Notes: a model not told the origin generated them from the letters alone. A stretch of 64,000 nucleotides of DNA from Planctomycetota bacterium (GCA_026004615.1 BPJM01000001.1:251482-315481); one strand, 5' to 3'; shown: positions 20,652 to 31,020, counted from the first letter of the stretch. Numbers and translations: made by a program.

Positions 20652-23600
20652 ATGCGCGCACGCTTCTGTCGGCTCGCTCGGCGTCTGTTGCGTTCGGGTT
20701 GCCGCCCGCTCCCGGCCCGCTGCGCCGCCGGGGCGCTGCGGGCCGCGCTGGTGGCGGCGTTGCTGTTCTTCGGCATGGGGCCGCTGTGGGCCGAGGAGGT
20801 CCGCTGGAAGGAGCCCGTGAGCGGCTCCTGGTACGACGCCAGCCGCTGGCTGAGCGCGAGCGGCGCGGAGCGGGTGCCGGGCACGGGCGACGTGGCGGTG
20901 ATCGACGCCGTGGACCCTGTCCAGCCGGGGCGCACCTACACGATCAGGCTGGCCGCCGCCCAGGCCGCGGTGGGGGGCCTGCGCCTCGCCTCGGCGCAGG
21001 CGACGCTGCTGCTCGCGCGGGGTGATCTGACCGTCGGCGAAGCGGGAGCCTCCCTCGAGCGGGGTCGGGTCCAGTTCGTCTGGGACGGCTTTCCCTCCGC
21101 CTGGCGCGGTAGCGGCACGCTCGCGGTCGGCTCCGATGCGGTCTTCGAGGTCATCGGCCATGCCAACACAATCTACAGCCCCCTGGAGAACCGGGGCGAG
21201 GTGCGCATCGTCGCCCGCGGGACCTTCGAGAACGCCGCCGGCGGCACCACCACCGGCGCCTTCGCACAGCTGATCCTCGCCGGGAAAGCCACCAACGCGG
21301 GCACGATGCTGCTGACCTCGGCGCCCGTCTCCGAAGGGGTCTCCCCGCAGAGCGCCGAGCTGATCGTGGACCCGCAGGGCTCGTTCACGAACCAGGGACT
21401 GCTGCGCGCCGAGACGGGCGCGAGCGGCGGCGAGCGGGTGATCGCGGGGGTCTGGACCAACGGAAGCGCCGGCACGGTCCGGATCGCCGACCCGCGGGTG
21501 CGGCTGACCAACCCACCCACGGGTCCCATGCACGTGATCAACGAGGGCACGTTCTGGATCGAGGACAAGGCCGGGGCGATCGTGCTCAGCGGCGGCCGCC
21601 GCTTCAGCCAGCGGGGCGGGCTGCTGCGCGTGGGGGGCGGCTTCTGGATGAACAACGGCCGCTTCGACTACGAGGGCGGCACGATCGAGGGCGTGCCCGA
21701 GCTGGTGTCCGCGGGCGGCCGGCAGGAGCTCTCCTTCGGCACTGGGCCGCTCGAGCCGGCAACCCTGCTGGTGGCGGGCCGGGACGTGCGCGTGCTCGGC
21801 GCGATCGCGCACGGGGTAACCCTGTCGCTGCAGGGCGGGGGCACCTTCGGCCCTCTGGGCTGGCAGGCTGCGTGGCTGGAGCTCAAGCCGGAGAAGGACG
21901 GCGGCAGCTTCACCAACCACGGCAGGCTGGAGATCGGCACCGCGACGGGCACCCAGGCGCTGATCAACGTGGAGCCCGGCGGCCGGTTCACCAACGCCCC
22001 CGATGGCGAGGTCATCTGGAAGAAGGGAGCAGGCGGCGACCGCAACTTCGTCGGCAACGTGACCAACCAGGGGACCGTGCTCGTGAAGTCCGGTGTCACC
22101 CTCGGCCTGCTCGGAGGCGGAGCAGAGTTCGTGAACGAAGGGCAGGTGCAGGTGCAGTCCGGAGCGCGGCTGTTGCTCCACAGCCAGCGCCGCTTCGTGC
22201 AGCACGCCGGCACGCTCGAGCTCGACGACGGCGGCACGCCCGAGGACCGGGCCGACGACGGCAGCTTCTGGGTCCAGAACGCGCGCTTCAGCTACCTCGG
22301 CGGGCGGATCGCCGGCATCCCGGAGATGACCTCGGTCGGCGGCAGCCTGGAGCTCAGCTTCGGCACCGGCCCGCTCGCGCCCCTGGCGCTGCTGCTCGGC
22401 GGCAGGGCGATCCGGCTGCGCTCGGATGTGCCCGCAGGGGTGGAGCTGCTGCTTTCCAGCGGCACCGTCGCCGGCAAGTCCGACTTCACCGTGCTCTCGG
22501 GTTGGAACGGGAGCAGCGTCGCCAGCTTCGCCAACGCGGGGCGCATCGTGATGGGCGCGGCGGGGGCGAGCGAGATCCGGATCGACTGCGCCGGCGAGGG
22601 CGTCGTGTTCACCAATCTTCCTGCAGGCGAAATCGAGGTCCGCAAGGCGGCGGGCGGAACGCGCAAGTTCAACGGCAACGTGGTCAACGAAGGCACCGTG
22701 CGGGTGCTGGAGGGCACCACCCTCGTCCTCGGCGACGGCACCACCCACCTGACCAACCGCGGCGTCTTGGAGGTCGCCGCCGGCGGCCTGGTACGCGCCT
22801 TCAGCAGCGGCCGCGGCTTCAGCCAGGAAGCGGGGGAGCTGAAGCTCGACGGCGGGCTGTGGATCCACAATGGCCGGTTCGACTTCCTCGGAGGCAGGAT
22901 CACCGGCCCGGGCACGGTCCAGCTCGCCGCGGGCGGCACCGCCGCCTCCCGGCTCACCTTCGGGTCGGGGCCGCTGGGGGGACAGCTGCTCCTCGGCGGC
23001 AACGAGCACATCCTCGAGGGCGACGTGCCGGCGGGGGTGACGCTCGCGCTGCAGGGCGGGGGCACCGTCGCCGGCAGCAGCGTCGGGATCACCGTGCTGA
23101 GATCGCCGAGTGGCTTCACCAACCACGGCACCATCCGCATGCAGGGCGGCTCGGAGGTGAAGATCGCCGTCCCGAAGAGCTCTGCCTCCGGCCCCAGGTT
23201 CACCAACGGCCCAGATGGGCTGCTGGACGTCACCTTCGGCGGGGGCGGGGTCGTGCGGCGGCTCAACGCCGAGTTCGTGAACCTCGGGGAGGCGCGCTTC
23301 GAGGCCTCGACCACCACCATCGGCTTCGATGTCAGTGCGCCGCGCCACCTCAACGAGGGACTGTTCTCCGTGAGGCGCGCCGACGCCCGCGTGCAGCTGT
23401 TCGGCACGGCCGCGCTCAACCAGGGCTCGGGCCGACTGGAAGGAGTGGGCATCGTCCAGGTGCTCGAGGTGGACCAGGACCTGTTGCAGAGCGCGGCGGT
23501 GGTGGCGCCCGGGATCGACAGGCCCGGCGTGTTGACCATCGAGGGCAGGTACGCGCAGCGGCAGACCGAGACGGCAGCGGGCACGCTCGAGATCGAGCTC

Positions 23601-25271
23601 GCCGGCACCGCGCCCGGAAGTGGCTACGACCGGCTGCTGGTGACCTCGAGCGTGGCGGAGGCGAACCTGAATGCCGAGCTCCGGGTCGTGCTGCGCGATG
23701 GGTTCGTCCCGGCGCCCACCGATACCTTCACCATCCTGCAGACCTCGACCAGCTCGGGCCGCAAGGGCCACTTCGCCAACGCGCCGCCGGTCACCACCGC
23801 CCCGGACGGCGCCGAGGTCGGCTTTGCGGAGAGCGGCGGCTGGCAGTTCGCCGTGCTCTACTATCCCGACCGCGTCGTGCTGGGGCAGTTCAAGCTGCTG
23901 GCCGACGCGGGGCCGGACCAGACCGTGGACGAGGGCGCGCTGGTGCAGCTCGACGGCTGCTCCTCGGTGCCAGGGGCCAGCTACCAGTGGGAGCAGATCG
24001 CAGGCGAGCCCCAGGTCGTGCTCTCCGATCCCACCGACTGCCGGCCCACCTTCACCGCGCCCTTGATCAGCGGCGAGTCGGTCGTGCTGACCTTCCGGCT
24101 CACCGTCTCGCTCGGCGAGCAGAGCGCCACCGACACCGTCGACATCACGGTCCGCAACACCAACCAGCAGCCGGTCGCCGTGGCGGGACCGGACCAGCTC
24201 GTCAACGAGGGCAGCACGGTCACGCTCGACGGCTCGAAGAGCTATGATCCCGATGGCGACTCGCTCAGCTATTCGTGGGTGCAGATCCTCCGGAGCTCGG
24301 AGCCGGCGGTCGTGCTGTCCGGAGCCGACTCCCCCACCGCCACCTTCCTCGCCCCCGAGGTGCCGAACGGCCAGACGCTCGTGCTCGCGTTCGAGCTGAC
24401 GGTGAGCGACGGCGAGCTGAGCGCGACCGATCAGGTGGTGGTCACCGTCGAACCGGTCAACCACCCGCCCATCGCGGATGCCGGGCCCGATCAGACGGTG
24501 CCTGCGGGCGAACGGGTCTACCTGGACGCCACCCGGAGCTCCGACCCGGACGGCGACCAGCTGAGCTACCTGTGGGAGCAGCTCGCCACCGACGAGATCC
24601 AGGTGAAGCTCGAGGGCGCGAGGACGGCGAGCCCCTCGTTCGTCGCCCCGAGCGAGGGCACGCTGCTGCACTTCCAGCTCACGGTCGATGACGGCTTCGG
24701 GGGGCGCGCCGACGACGAGGTGCAGGTGCTCGTCATCGATCCGAACGATCCCCCGGTCTGCGACCACGCCCGCCCGAGCATCGCGGTGATCTGGCCGCCG
24801 AACCACCGGATGGTCGAGATCGGGATCGAGGGCGTGATCGACGCCGACGGCGAGCGGGCGCAGATCACGATCACCGGCGTGTACCAGGATGAACCGGTCG
24901 ACGGGCTCGGCGACGGCCGGCACGCCCCCGACGCGATCATCCTGGATGGCGGCCGGCGGGTGCTGGTGCGCGCCGAGCGGAGCGGGCTGGGCAACGGGCG
25001 CGTCTACCACATCCAGTTCACGGCCGAGGACGGCCGCGGGGGCAGCTGCAGCGGCACCGTCCAGGTCGGGGTGCCGCACGATCTGCGGCGGGGATTCGTG
25101 ATCGTCGACGACGGCCCGCTGTACGACTCGACCGCGGGGCCGCCCTCGCCGCCGCCAGCCAGGGCCCATCCCGAGGGCGGCGGCCGCGCGAGGCCGGCCG
25201 GCCCGCCGCCGGGCGCCGTTCCGCAGGGCGGCAGCGACAAGCCCCCCCGGCCCGCCCCCGGCCGCCGCTGA
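20652..25271 (+). CDS. giant secreted/surface repeat protein: beta-helix-like N-region with three ~200-aa modules, three PKD/cadherin-like repeats, C-terminal beta-sandwich domain
   Basis: ATG at 20652 gives a signal-like N-terminus (..ALVAALLFFGMGPLWAEE). Modules start near 21597, 22191 and 22812 (R/GF[SV]Q..G.L.L..G.W..N.RF.Y/F.GG.I.G....GG...L.FG.GPL). Repeats with [AV]AGPDQ[TL]V.EG lie between 23904 and about 24760. Intact 1539-aa frame. Confidence 0.85.
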   Translation: MRARFCRLARRLLRSGCRPLPARCAAGALRAALVAALLFFGMGPLWAEEVRWKEPVSGSWYDASRWLSASGAERVPGTGDVAVIDAVDPVQPGRTYTIRLAAAQAAVGGLRLASAQATLLLARGDLTVGEAGASLERGRVQFVWDGFPSAWRGSGTLAVGSDAVFEVIGHANTIYSPLENRGEVRIVARGTFENAAGGTTTGAFAQLILAGKATNAGTMLLTSAPVSEGVSPQSAELIVDPQGSFTNQGLLRAETGASGGERVIAGVWTNGSAGTVRIADPRVRLTNPPTGPMHVINEGTFWIEDKAGAIVLSGGRRFSQRGGLLRVGGGFWMNNGRFDYEGGTIEGVPELVSAGGRQELSFGTGPLEPATLLVAGRDVRVLGAIAHGVTLSLQGGGTFGPLGWQAAWLELKPEKDGGSFTNHGRLEIGTATGTQALINVEPGGRFTNAPDGEVIWKKGAGGDRNFVGNVTNQGTVLVKSGVTLGLLGGGAEFVNEGQVQVQSGARLLLHSQRRFVQHAGTLELDDGGTPEDRADDGSFWVQNARFSYLGGRIAGIPEMTSVGGSLELSFGTGPLAPLALLLGGRAIRLRSDVPAGVELLLSSGTVAGKSDFTVLSGWNGSSVASFANAGRIVMGAAGASEIRIDCAGEGVVFTNLPAGEIEVRKAAGGTRKFNGNVVNEGTVRVLEGTTLVLGDGTTHLTNRGVLEVAAGGLVRAFSSGRGFSQEAGELKLDGGLWIHNGRFDFLGGRITGPGTVQLAAGGTAASRLTFGSGPLGGQLLLGGNEHILEGDVPAGVTLALQGGGTVAGSSVGITVLRSPSGFTNHGTIRMQGGSEVKIAVPKSSASGPRFTNGPDGLLDVTFGGGGVVRRLNAEFVNLGEARFEASTTTIGFDVSAPRHLNEGLFSVRRADARVQLFGTAALNQGSGRLEGVGIVQVLEVDQDLLQSAAVVAPGIDRPGVLTIEGRYAQRQTETAAGTLEIELAGTAPGSGYDRLLVTSSVAEANLNAELRVVLRDGFVPAPTDTFTILQTSTSSGRKGHFANAPPVTTAPDGAEVGFAESGGWQFAVLYYPDRVVLGQFKLLADAGPDQTVDEGALVQLDGCSSVPGASYQWEQIAGEPQVVLSDPTDCRPTFTAPLISGESVVLTFRLTVSLGEQSATDTVDITVRNTNQQPVAVAGPDQLVNEGSTVTLDGSKSYDPDGDSLSYSWVQILRSSEPAVVLSGADSPTATFLAPEVPNGQTLVLAFELTVSDGELSATDQVVVTVEPVNHPPIADAGPDQTVPAGERVYLDATRSSDPDGDQLSYLWEQLATDEIQVKLEGARTASPSFVAPSEGTLLHFQLTVDDGFGGRADDEVQVLVIDPNDPPVCDHARPSIAVIWPPNHRMVEIGIEGVIDADGERAQITITGVYQDEPVDGLGDGRHAPDAIILDGGRRVLVRAERSGLGNGRVYHIQFTAEDGRGGSCSGTVQVGVPHDLRRGFVIVDDGPLYDSTAGPPSPPPARAHPEGGGRARPAGPPPGAVPQGGSDKPPRPAPGRR
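21597..23394 (+). repeat. three tandem in-frame coding modules (period about 198-207 codons) inside the surface-protein gene
   Basis: Recurring strings: FSQRGGLLRVGGGFWMNNGRFDYEGGTIEG / FVQHAGTLELDDGG..FWVQNARFSYLGGRIAG / FSQEAGELKLDGGLWIHNGRFDFLGGRITG. Each is followed by L[ST]FG[ST]GPL..LL.GG and FTN..G motifs. Confidence 0.8.
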
Positions 25272-25374
25272 GGCCCGGGCGCCGGCGCACCGCGCACCGG
25301 CCAGCCGCGCTTGAGCGATCCGGAATGCCGCGTACCATGCTCGGGGACAGCGGGACCGCGAGGGGAGGAGCGGC

Positions 25375-25587
25375 ATGGAGCGCCAGCCGGAGCTGACGGA
25401 GGCGGAATGGCAGCTGGTGCTGGAGCTGCTGGAGTGTGAGCGGCGCGACCTGGTGAGCGCCATCCACCACGCCGGCTCCTCGGCCGACCGCGAGGAGTTG
25501 CGCGCGCGGCACGAGCTGGTGCACCAGCTCGTACGCAAGATCAACGCCGCGCGCGGCGGGGCCGAGGTGGTGCTGGGCGAGGACTGA
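25375..25587 (+). CDS. small hypothetical protein (70 aa)
   Basis: Strong RBS GGGGAGGAG 5 nt upstream of the ATG. Helical, acidic sequence MERQPELTEAEWQLVLELLECERRDLVSAIHH... Confidence 0.5.
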   Translation: MERQPELTEAEWQLVLELLECERRDLVSAIHHAGSSADREELRARHELVHQLVRKINAARGGAEVVLGED

Positions 25588-25684
25588 AGGGCGCGCGGGG
25601 CCGCGAGCGACCGGCACGGGCGTCCGCGGTGCCGCCGGTGGCCGCTGGGGGCGGCAGCACGGCGCGGAGCGAGGAGGGCCCGCA

Positions 25685-26479
25685 GTGGAGCTCGGCCTCG
25701 AGGGACGGGCGGTGCTGGTCACCGGGGCCAGCGCCGGCATCGGGCGCGCGATCGCGGTCGCGTTCGCGCGCGAGCGAGCGCGCGTGGCGGTCATGGCGCG
25801 CCGCGCCGAGCTGCTGGCGGAGCTCTGCGCGGAACTGCGCGAGCGGCATGGCGCCCCGCAGGCGGTGCCGATCGCGGGCGACGTCGGCCGGGCCGAGGAT
25901 CTGAAGCGCGCGGTGGAGCTGGCGCGCGCGGAGCTGGGAGCACTGGACGTCGCCGTCAGCAACGCCGGCGGGCCGCCGCCCGGAGCGTTCCTGGAGTGCA
26001 CCGACGCGATGTGGCAGCAGGGCTTCGAGCGCAACTTCCTGGCGCTGGTGCGGCTGGCCCGGCTCGTGATCCCGATCATGCGAGGGCGGCGCTGGGGCCG
26101 GATCGTGCACGTCTCGAGCGTGGCGGCGCGCGAGCCGATCGCGCGGCTGGTCATCTCGAGCGCGCTGCGCGCGGGGCTGCTCGGCCTGGTGCGCGCGATC
26201 GCGCGCGAGCACGCCGCGGACGGGATCGGGATCTCGTGCGTGCTGCCGGGCTATACCGCGACCGAACGCTTGGCGGAACTGGCGGCCGACCTGGCGAGCC
26301 GGCGCGGGGTGTCCCCCGAAGCGATCCGGGCGGGCTGGTGCGCCGAAATCCCGGCAGGGCGGCTCGGCACGCCGGAGGAGATCGCCGACGCGGTGCTGTT
26401 CCTGGCGAGCGAGCGCGCGGGCTACGTCAACGGCATCGGGCTCGCCGTCGACGGCGGGCTGTTGCGGAGCATCGGCTAG
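25685..26479 (+). CDS. SDR-family oxidoreductase (FabG-like fold)
   Basis: VLVTGASAGIGRAIA Rossmann motif, NAGG, VHVSSVAA, ..VLPGYTATER, GYVNGIGLAVDGG. A canonical YxxxK is not evident (..VISSALRAG..), so activity is uncertain. Confidence 0.8.
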   Translation: MELGLEGRAVLVTGASAGIGRAIAVAFARERARVAVMARRAELLAELCAELRERHGAPQAVPIAGDVGRAEDLKRAVELARAELGALDVAVSNAGGPPPGAFLECTDAMWQQGFERNFLALVRLARLVIPIMRGRRWGRIVHVSSVAAREPIARLVISSALRAGLLGLVRAIAREHAADGIGISCVLPGYTATERLAELAADLASRRGVSPEAIRAGWCAEIPAGRLGTPEEIADAVLFLASERAGYVNGIGLAVDGGLLRSIG

Positions 26480-26501
26480 TGCGGTCCGCTCCGGACCGCA
26501 C
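26479..26501 (+). terminator. perfect 9-bp stem / 5-nt loop hairpin between the SDR gene and the DUF309 gene (no U-tract)
   Basis: GTGCGGTCC-GCTCC-GGACCGCAC, starting at the last base of the stop codon. No T-run follows, so a terminator role is only tentative. Confidence 0.3.
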
Positions 26502-26510
26502 GGGCCGGCC

Positions 26511-27074
26511 GTGTGCCCGGGCGTGAACGAGCGCCCCCAGCCGCCGCCGCGCTACGCCCCCGAGCTGCCGCTGCCGCCGTATGCCTTCGTCGCCCCCTTC
26601 TGGCCCCACCCCGAAAAGGACGCGCGCGGGCACAGCTACGGCCGGCCCGCCGCGGCGCCCAGGCCGCTGGAACCGGCGCGCTGGCGGGAGCACCTGGGGT
26701 GGCGCCACGCCGCCGATCTGTTCAACCACGGCTACTACTGGGAGGCGCACGAGGTGTGGGAGCAGCTGTGGCACGCCGCGGGGCGCACGGGCGTGGTGGC
26801 CGAGCTGTGCAAGGGGCTGATCAAGCTCGCCGCCGCAGGCATCAAGGTGCGGCAGGGCCGGCCGCGCGGGGTACGGCGACACGCCCTCGCCGCCGCGCGC
26901 CACCTGGGGCAGGTGCGCGCCGCGCTCCGGGAAGCGGGCCGCTTCGCCGGGCTCGACCTCGGAGCGCTGATCCGGGCAGCGGAACGGACCGCCGCCGCGG
27001 CCGGCGCGCTCGCGGGCGATCCTCGCCAGCCGGTCGAGGTCGTCTTCGACTGGCGGCTCGAACTCGAGCCCTAG
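26511..27074 (+). CDS. DUF309 domain protein
   Basis: FNHGYYWEAHEVWEQLW..GLIKLAAAGIKVRQG matches the DUF309 signature as I remember it. Confidence 0.7.
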   Translation: MCPGVNERPQPPPRYAPELPLPPYAFVAPFWPHPEKDARGHSYGRPAAAPRPLEPARWREHLGWRHAADLFNHGYYWEAHEVWEQLWHAAGRTGVVAELCKGLIKLAAAGIKVRQGRPRGVRRHALAAARHLGQVRAALREAGRFAGLDLGALIRAAERTAAAAGALAGDPRQPVEVVFDWRLELEP

Positions 27075-27232
27075 CGGGCGCGGCCCGGCGGCCCTCGCCC
27101 GCCCCCTTCCCACCCCGGCCTTCCTGCGGGGCAGTGGCCCGAGGCGCGGCGCCCCTGGAGGCCGCTGCGAAACGCCGCCTCGCCCCCCGGGGTCGGCCGA
27201 ACAGCCCCGATGGCCGGTCGCGGCCGCCCCCG

Positions 27233-28061
27233 CTAGCGCGTGAAGTGGTGGTGGACCTCGGTGTCCCGCACGCGGCGCCAGACGGAGCGGTAGCCCCGCT
27301 CGGACAGCCAGCCGGCGATCTCCGACTCGCTCTTGTCGAGCCGCTCCAGCGCTGGCACATGCAGCTCCACGAACAGCTCGCGAACGCCCCCCGGCACCAG
27401 GAGCCCTTCCATGCCCTCCAGGACGTCGGCTTCCGCCCCCTCCACGTCGATCTTGACCACCGCCGGACGCACACCGAGCTGGCGAGCGAAGGCATCACCC
27501 CCGCTCGACGGGGACCCAACGGGGCTCCGCGCGGTGCCAGGCGCCAGGCACCAGGGAGGCCGCACCCGGATTGTCCGCGTGCGGGTAGAGCGGCAGCCGG
27601 CCGCGCTGCCGCCCCAGAGCCAGCGCATGCACCCGGATGCTGTGCGTACAGCCGTTGAGCCGCGCGTTCGCGGCGATCCGCTCCGCCAGCTCCTTCTGCG
27701 GCTCGAAGGCGTGGACCGCGACCCCCGCGGGCCTGCCCACCACGGCGGCGAGCACGCTGACCACCCCCACGTTCGCCCCCACGTCGAACAGCACCTCGCC
27801 CGGCCGCAACGCTCGCAGCAGGCGATCGACGAACGGTCCCTCGATGCGCCGGAACCAGTCCAGCCAGGCCAGCTCCGCCCGGTCGGCGACCGCAAACCGC
27901 ACGAGCTGGCCCGCCACGCGCAGCCGGTGGGTGCCCCGGCGCAGGATCGCCCTTTCGTACGGCCCGAGCACCAGCTCCCGCAGTCCGAGCCGCCGCAACG
28001 CCCGCGCCAGCGCCGATCCGCCGAGCCGGCCCCGTACCCGCGACAACCACTCGAGCAGCAT
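27233..28061 (-). CDS. FkbM-family methyltransferase; apparent 1-nt frameshift at the homopolymer 27498-27502
   Basis: N-part (27495..28061 frame): LFDVGANVGVVSVLAA..VHAFEPQKELAERIAANARLNG..LALG. C-part (27233.. frame): DAFARQLGVRPAVVKIDVEGAEADVLEGM. Removing one G from the G5 run (minus sense) gives ..VPVERGDAFARQLG... Confidence 0.8.
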
Positions 28062-28097
28062 CGACCTCCGCTCCCCCCCACGCCCCGGCCCCCGCCT

Positions 28098-29270
28098 TCA
28101 ACCCGAGCGCGCGCGCCCGAGCGCGAACTCGCCGACGGTGCGGCGAAATCCCTCCATGAACCGCTCCGCCGAAAACTCCCCGCCCCTGAGCAAGAGCTGG
28201 GCCGACAGGCGCCGCGCGAGTGCTTCGTCGCGCAGCACCGCGTCGATCTTGGCCACCGCTTCCTCGGTCGTCCGGAAGAGCAGTCGCCGATCCGCCAGGA
28301 TCTCCGCCGGTCCGCCGCGATCCGGGGCGAACACCACGCAGCCCGCCTTGCACATCTCCGCCACCGCAATCCCGAAGGACTCGCCCTGACAGGCATGGAT
28401 CCCGAAGCGATGCCGGGCGAGCAGCTCCCACTTCTCGCGGCCGATCCGCTCCCCCTCCCAGACGACCCAGTCGCCCCGGGCGCGCGCCAGCCGCCGCAAG
28501 GAGCGGGCATAGCCGCTCGCGAGCGGCCCGCCCACGACGTGCAGGTGCACCCGGTGGCCCCTGTCGCGCACGCGCGCGAGGATCTCGATGATCTGTTCGA
28601 TCCGCTTCTCGGGACGCAGCCGCCCCAGACACACGAAGCCCGGCTCGCGCCGCGCGAACGGCAGCGGGTCCGCAGCGCCGCATACGGGGGGATACAGCAC
28701 CCCGGCCGGCTCGATCCCCAGCCGCTCGCGCAGCACTTCCGCCGTGAACCGCGAGTTGGCCACGATCCGGTCCTGACCGCTGAACAGATCGCGCCCGGAG
28801 GGACGAGCCAGCCACCGCACCAGCAGCCCGTAGGCGGTGCGCAGGCCCGCCAGGCGGTGGATCGAACGCAGCGCCGTTCGGTGCAGGGGTCCCTGCAGCT
28901 CCCACCAGGTCTGCGGCGACCAGGAGAAGTCGGCCACCAGGTGCAGCGCCGGCACCCCGACGTCCAGCGGATTGTGCGTGCTCACGAGCAGGTCGAACTC
29001 CTTGTGCACGCCGGAGCAGAACCGCTGGAAGAACGCACGGCGCACGCGGTGCCCCTTGAGCAGCCTGCCCAGGCCCGCCGCGGGCTGCCGCACGCGGAAC
29101 TGCCCCGCTGCGAGCGAGGTCCCGTAGAAGGCGTTGAGGCGCTCGAGATCGACCCGGTCCAGCGTCAGCAGCGTCAGTTCGTGCTGCTCCCGCAGCGCCT
29201 GCAGCCCCCAGATCGCCGCCGCTTCGGCCCCGCCGTAGCCGAGGTCGGGCTGCGCCAGGCCGATTTTCAT
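28098..29270 (-). CDS. glycosyltransferase family 4 (GT-B, GT1 superfamily)
   Basis: ATG at 29270 ([18 protein letters not shown]..). C-terminal ..[53 protein letters not shown] (E-x7-E type). Confidence 0.85.
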   Translation of the reverse strand: MKIGLAQPDLGYGGAEAAAIWGLQALREQHELTLLTLDRVDLERLNAFYGTSLAAGQFRVRQPAAGLGRLLKGHRVRRAFFQRFCSGVHKEFDLLVSTHNPLDVGVPALHLVADFSWSPQTWWELQGPLHRTALRSIHRLAGLRTAYGLLVRWLARPSGRDLFSGQDRIVANSRFTAEVLRERLGIEPAGVLYPPVCGAADPLPFARREPGFVCLGRLRPEKRIEQIIEILARVRDRGHRVHLHVVGGPLASGYARSLRRLARARGDWVVWEGERIGREKWELLARHRFGIHACQGESFGIAVAEMCKAGCVVFAPDRGGPAEILADRRLLFRTTEEAVAKIDAVLRDEALARRLSAQLLLRGGEFSAERFMEGFRRTVGEFALGRARSG

Positions 29271-29454
29271 CGCTCGCCTCCGCCGCCAGCACCGCCCGCC
29301 CAAAGACGAGCACCGGCACCCGCGCCGCCGGTTCCGCCTGTCCCCTGGTCGGCGGCGGCGCCGGCACGGCCGGGCTCCCTTTGGCGTGCGGTTCGCGGCC
29401 CGTGCCCCCGGCAGCTGCTCGCCATGGCGACCGCCAGGGATCGGCGCCCGGGCG

Positions 29455-30177
29455 CTACCCCGATCTCCTGCCGCCAGCTGCCGAATCGGCACCGGGCGAG
29501 CCCGCCTCCAGCTGCGCCACGATGCTCTCGATCGCCGCCAGGCCGAAGGTGATCTTCTTGAAAAAGGACGGGTTGTGCGGGACCAGCACGAACCGCTCGT
29601 GCTGCGACCAGATCTCCCGCAGCCGCCGGTCCAGCTCCAGCGCCTGCTCGGCGGACTCGATGCGGAAGCGGTTTCCGCCGTCGATCCGCAGTCCCCCCGC
29701 CGCCGCGGTCTCGAAGAAGATGCAGGCGTCGTAGCGCGCCAGCTCCTGCTCCAGGCTCGTGCCCAGGGCGCGGAAGAACGCTTCGGGCGCGCCGGGCCAG
29801 TAGGCCGCCCCGTCGACCGTACCGCGGTCGCACAGCAGGATGCGGCCCGGAAAGCGCGCGGACTGGACGTCCTCCAGGTTGCGCTGCACGTGGTAGATGG
29901 CGCGCTGCACCGCCTCGATCGCAAGCCGGTCGCCGGTGCGCGGAAAGCCGCCCGCAAACAGCATGCTCGCCGCCTCGGGCACCACCACCACCCGCTCGCC
30001 GAGCTCGCGCCGAAACAGGTCCGCCGCGGTGGTCTTGCCCGCGCCCGGCCCACCGGTCAGCACCAGGCGGCAGCGGCCGTTGCGCGCCTGCGGCGGCGCG
30101 AGCTCGGGCGAGGCAGCTTCGGAGAGCGGTGCCGCTGGCCCCGGGCGCGCTGGCTGCCGCCGGCCGCGCGCGCTCAA
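29455..30177 (-). CDS. P-loop NTPase (AAA_28-like ATPase)
   Basis: [13 protein letters not shown] Walker A, ILLCDRG Walker-B-like. The TTG start overlaps the stop of the upstream USP gene. The exact start is uncertain because the N-terminus is low complexity. Confidence 0.65.
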   Translation of the reverse strand: MSARGRRQPARPGPAAPLSEAASPELAPPQARNGRCRLVLTGGPGAGKTTAADLFRRELGERVVVVPEAASMLFAGGFPRTGDRLAIEAVQRAIYHVQRNLEDVQSARFPGRILLCDRGTVDGAAYWPGAPEAFFRALGTSLEQELARYDACIFFETAAAGGLRIDGGNRFRIESAEQALELDRRLREIWSQHERFVLVPHNPSFFKKITFGLAAIESIVAQLEAGSPGADSAAGGRRSG

Positions 30178-30725
30178 TCCCGGTCCTCCGGCGCGCAGGC
30201 TGGTTCAGCGGCGCCGCTCGCCTGCTGCTCCCCTGCCCGCGCACCGCTCCCCGGCGCGGGCTGCACGGTCAGCACCGGGACCGGCGCCAGCCGCAGCACC
30301 TTCTCCGCCACGCTGCCGAACACCAGCCGCGACAGGCCCGAGCGACCATGCGTGCCGATCACGATCAGGTCCGCCCCCAGCTCGGCCGCGCCCTGGACGA
30401 TCGTGCGCGCCGCCGGCCCGCGCCGCGTGCACAGGCGCAGGCGGAGTTGCTGCGGCAGAGCGCTCTGCCGGACGAACTCGGCCAGCGCCGGGTCGAGCGC
30501 GCGCTCCATGCCCGCCACCAGCTCCGCCAGCCGCATGTGGGGCACGATGTCCACCCCCTGCGCCTCCAGCGCGCTGGTGTCGATGACCGACAGCACCACC
30601 AGCTCGGCTCCCACCCGCGCTGCGAGCCAGCCCGCCAGCTCGACCGCCCGCCGGGACGCCTCGGACAGATCGGTCGCGACCAGGATCCGCCGGATCGGCG
30701 GCGCTCCACCCCCAGCAACCTCCAT
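30174..30725 (-). CDS. universal stress protein (UspA family)
   Basis: ATG at 30725. [62 protein letters not shown]. Confidence 0.85.
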   Translation of the reverse strand: MEVAGGGAPPIRRILVATDLSEASRRAVELAGWLAARVGAELVVLSVIDTSALEAQGVDIVPHMRLAELVAGMERALDPALAEFVRQSALPQQLRLRLCTRRGPAARTIVQGAAELGADLIVIGTHGRSGLSRLVFGSVAEKVLRLAPVPVLTVQPAPGSGARAGEQQASGAAEPACAPEDRD

Positions 30726-30800
30726 CGCCTGGCGCTCCCTCACGGCCGTGGCGCCCTGGGTTGCGGTGCCCCACCGCCCGCCCCCGACCGGCCCTTGCGC

Positions 30801-30877
30801 TGGCACGCCCGGAGGGATTCGAACCCCCGACCCGCGGATTAGAAATCCGCCGCTCTATCCAGCTGAGCTACGGGCGC
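30801..30877 (-). tRNA. tRNA-Arg (anticodon UCU), CCA encoded
   Basis: The reverse complement GCGCCCGTAGCTCAGCTGGATAGAGCGGCGGATTTCTAATCCGCGGGTCGGGGGTTCGAATCCCTCCGGGCGTGCCA folds as a cloverleaf: D arm GCTC/GAGC, anticodon stem GCGGA/TCCGC with loop TTTCTAA, T arm GGGGG-TTCGAAT-CCCTC. Confidence 0.93.
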
Positions 30878-30990
30878 ACAGAAGCGCCATCTTAGAGGTC
30901 TGCCCGCACCGGCGGCAAGCGCCTGCCGCCGGCGCGCCCCCAGCCGCTGCCCGGTGGGCCGCTGGCCCGTCCACATACCGGCGGCCGCGG

Positions 30991-31020
30991 TTGGAATGAG
31001 ATCCGGCCCGCAGCTATAGT
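30991..31020 (+). promoter_or_regulatory. sigma70-like promoter upstream of the JAMM gene (TTGGAA-N18-TATAGT)
   Basis: TTGGAA at 30991-30996 and TATAGT at 31015-31020 form an AT-rich hexamer that stands out in this GC-rich DNA. It lies about 55 nt upstream of the start at 31077, which has a GGTGGAGGA RBS. Confidence 0.4.

Noticed and set aside
21597-24760. Periodic repeats, considered as a CRISPR array or non-coding satellite.
   Set aside because: Periods are ~600 and ~285 nt, in frame, diverged at the DNA level and translated into conserved protein modules. No short direct repeats with unique spacers exist anywhere in the window.
20559-25544. 1661-aa minus-strand ORF covering the whole surface-protein gene.
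   Set aside because: It is the antisense shadow of the repeat protein. Composition is dominated by R/A/G/P/H/D with no secretion signal or domain motif, while the plus frame has a coherent repeat architecture.
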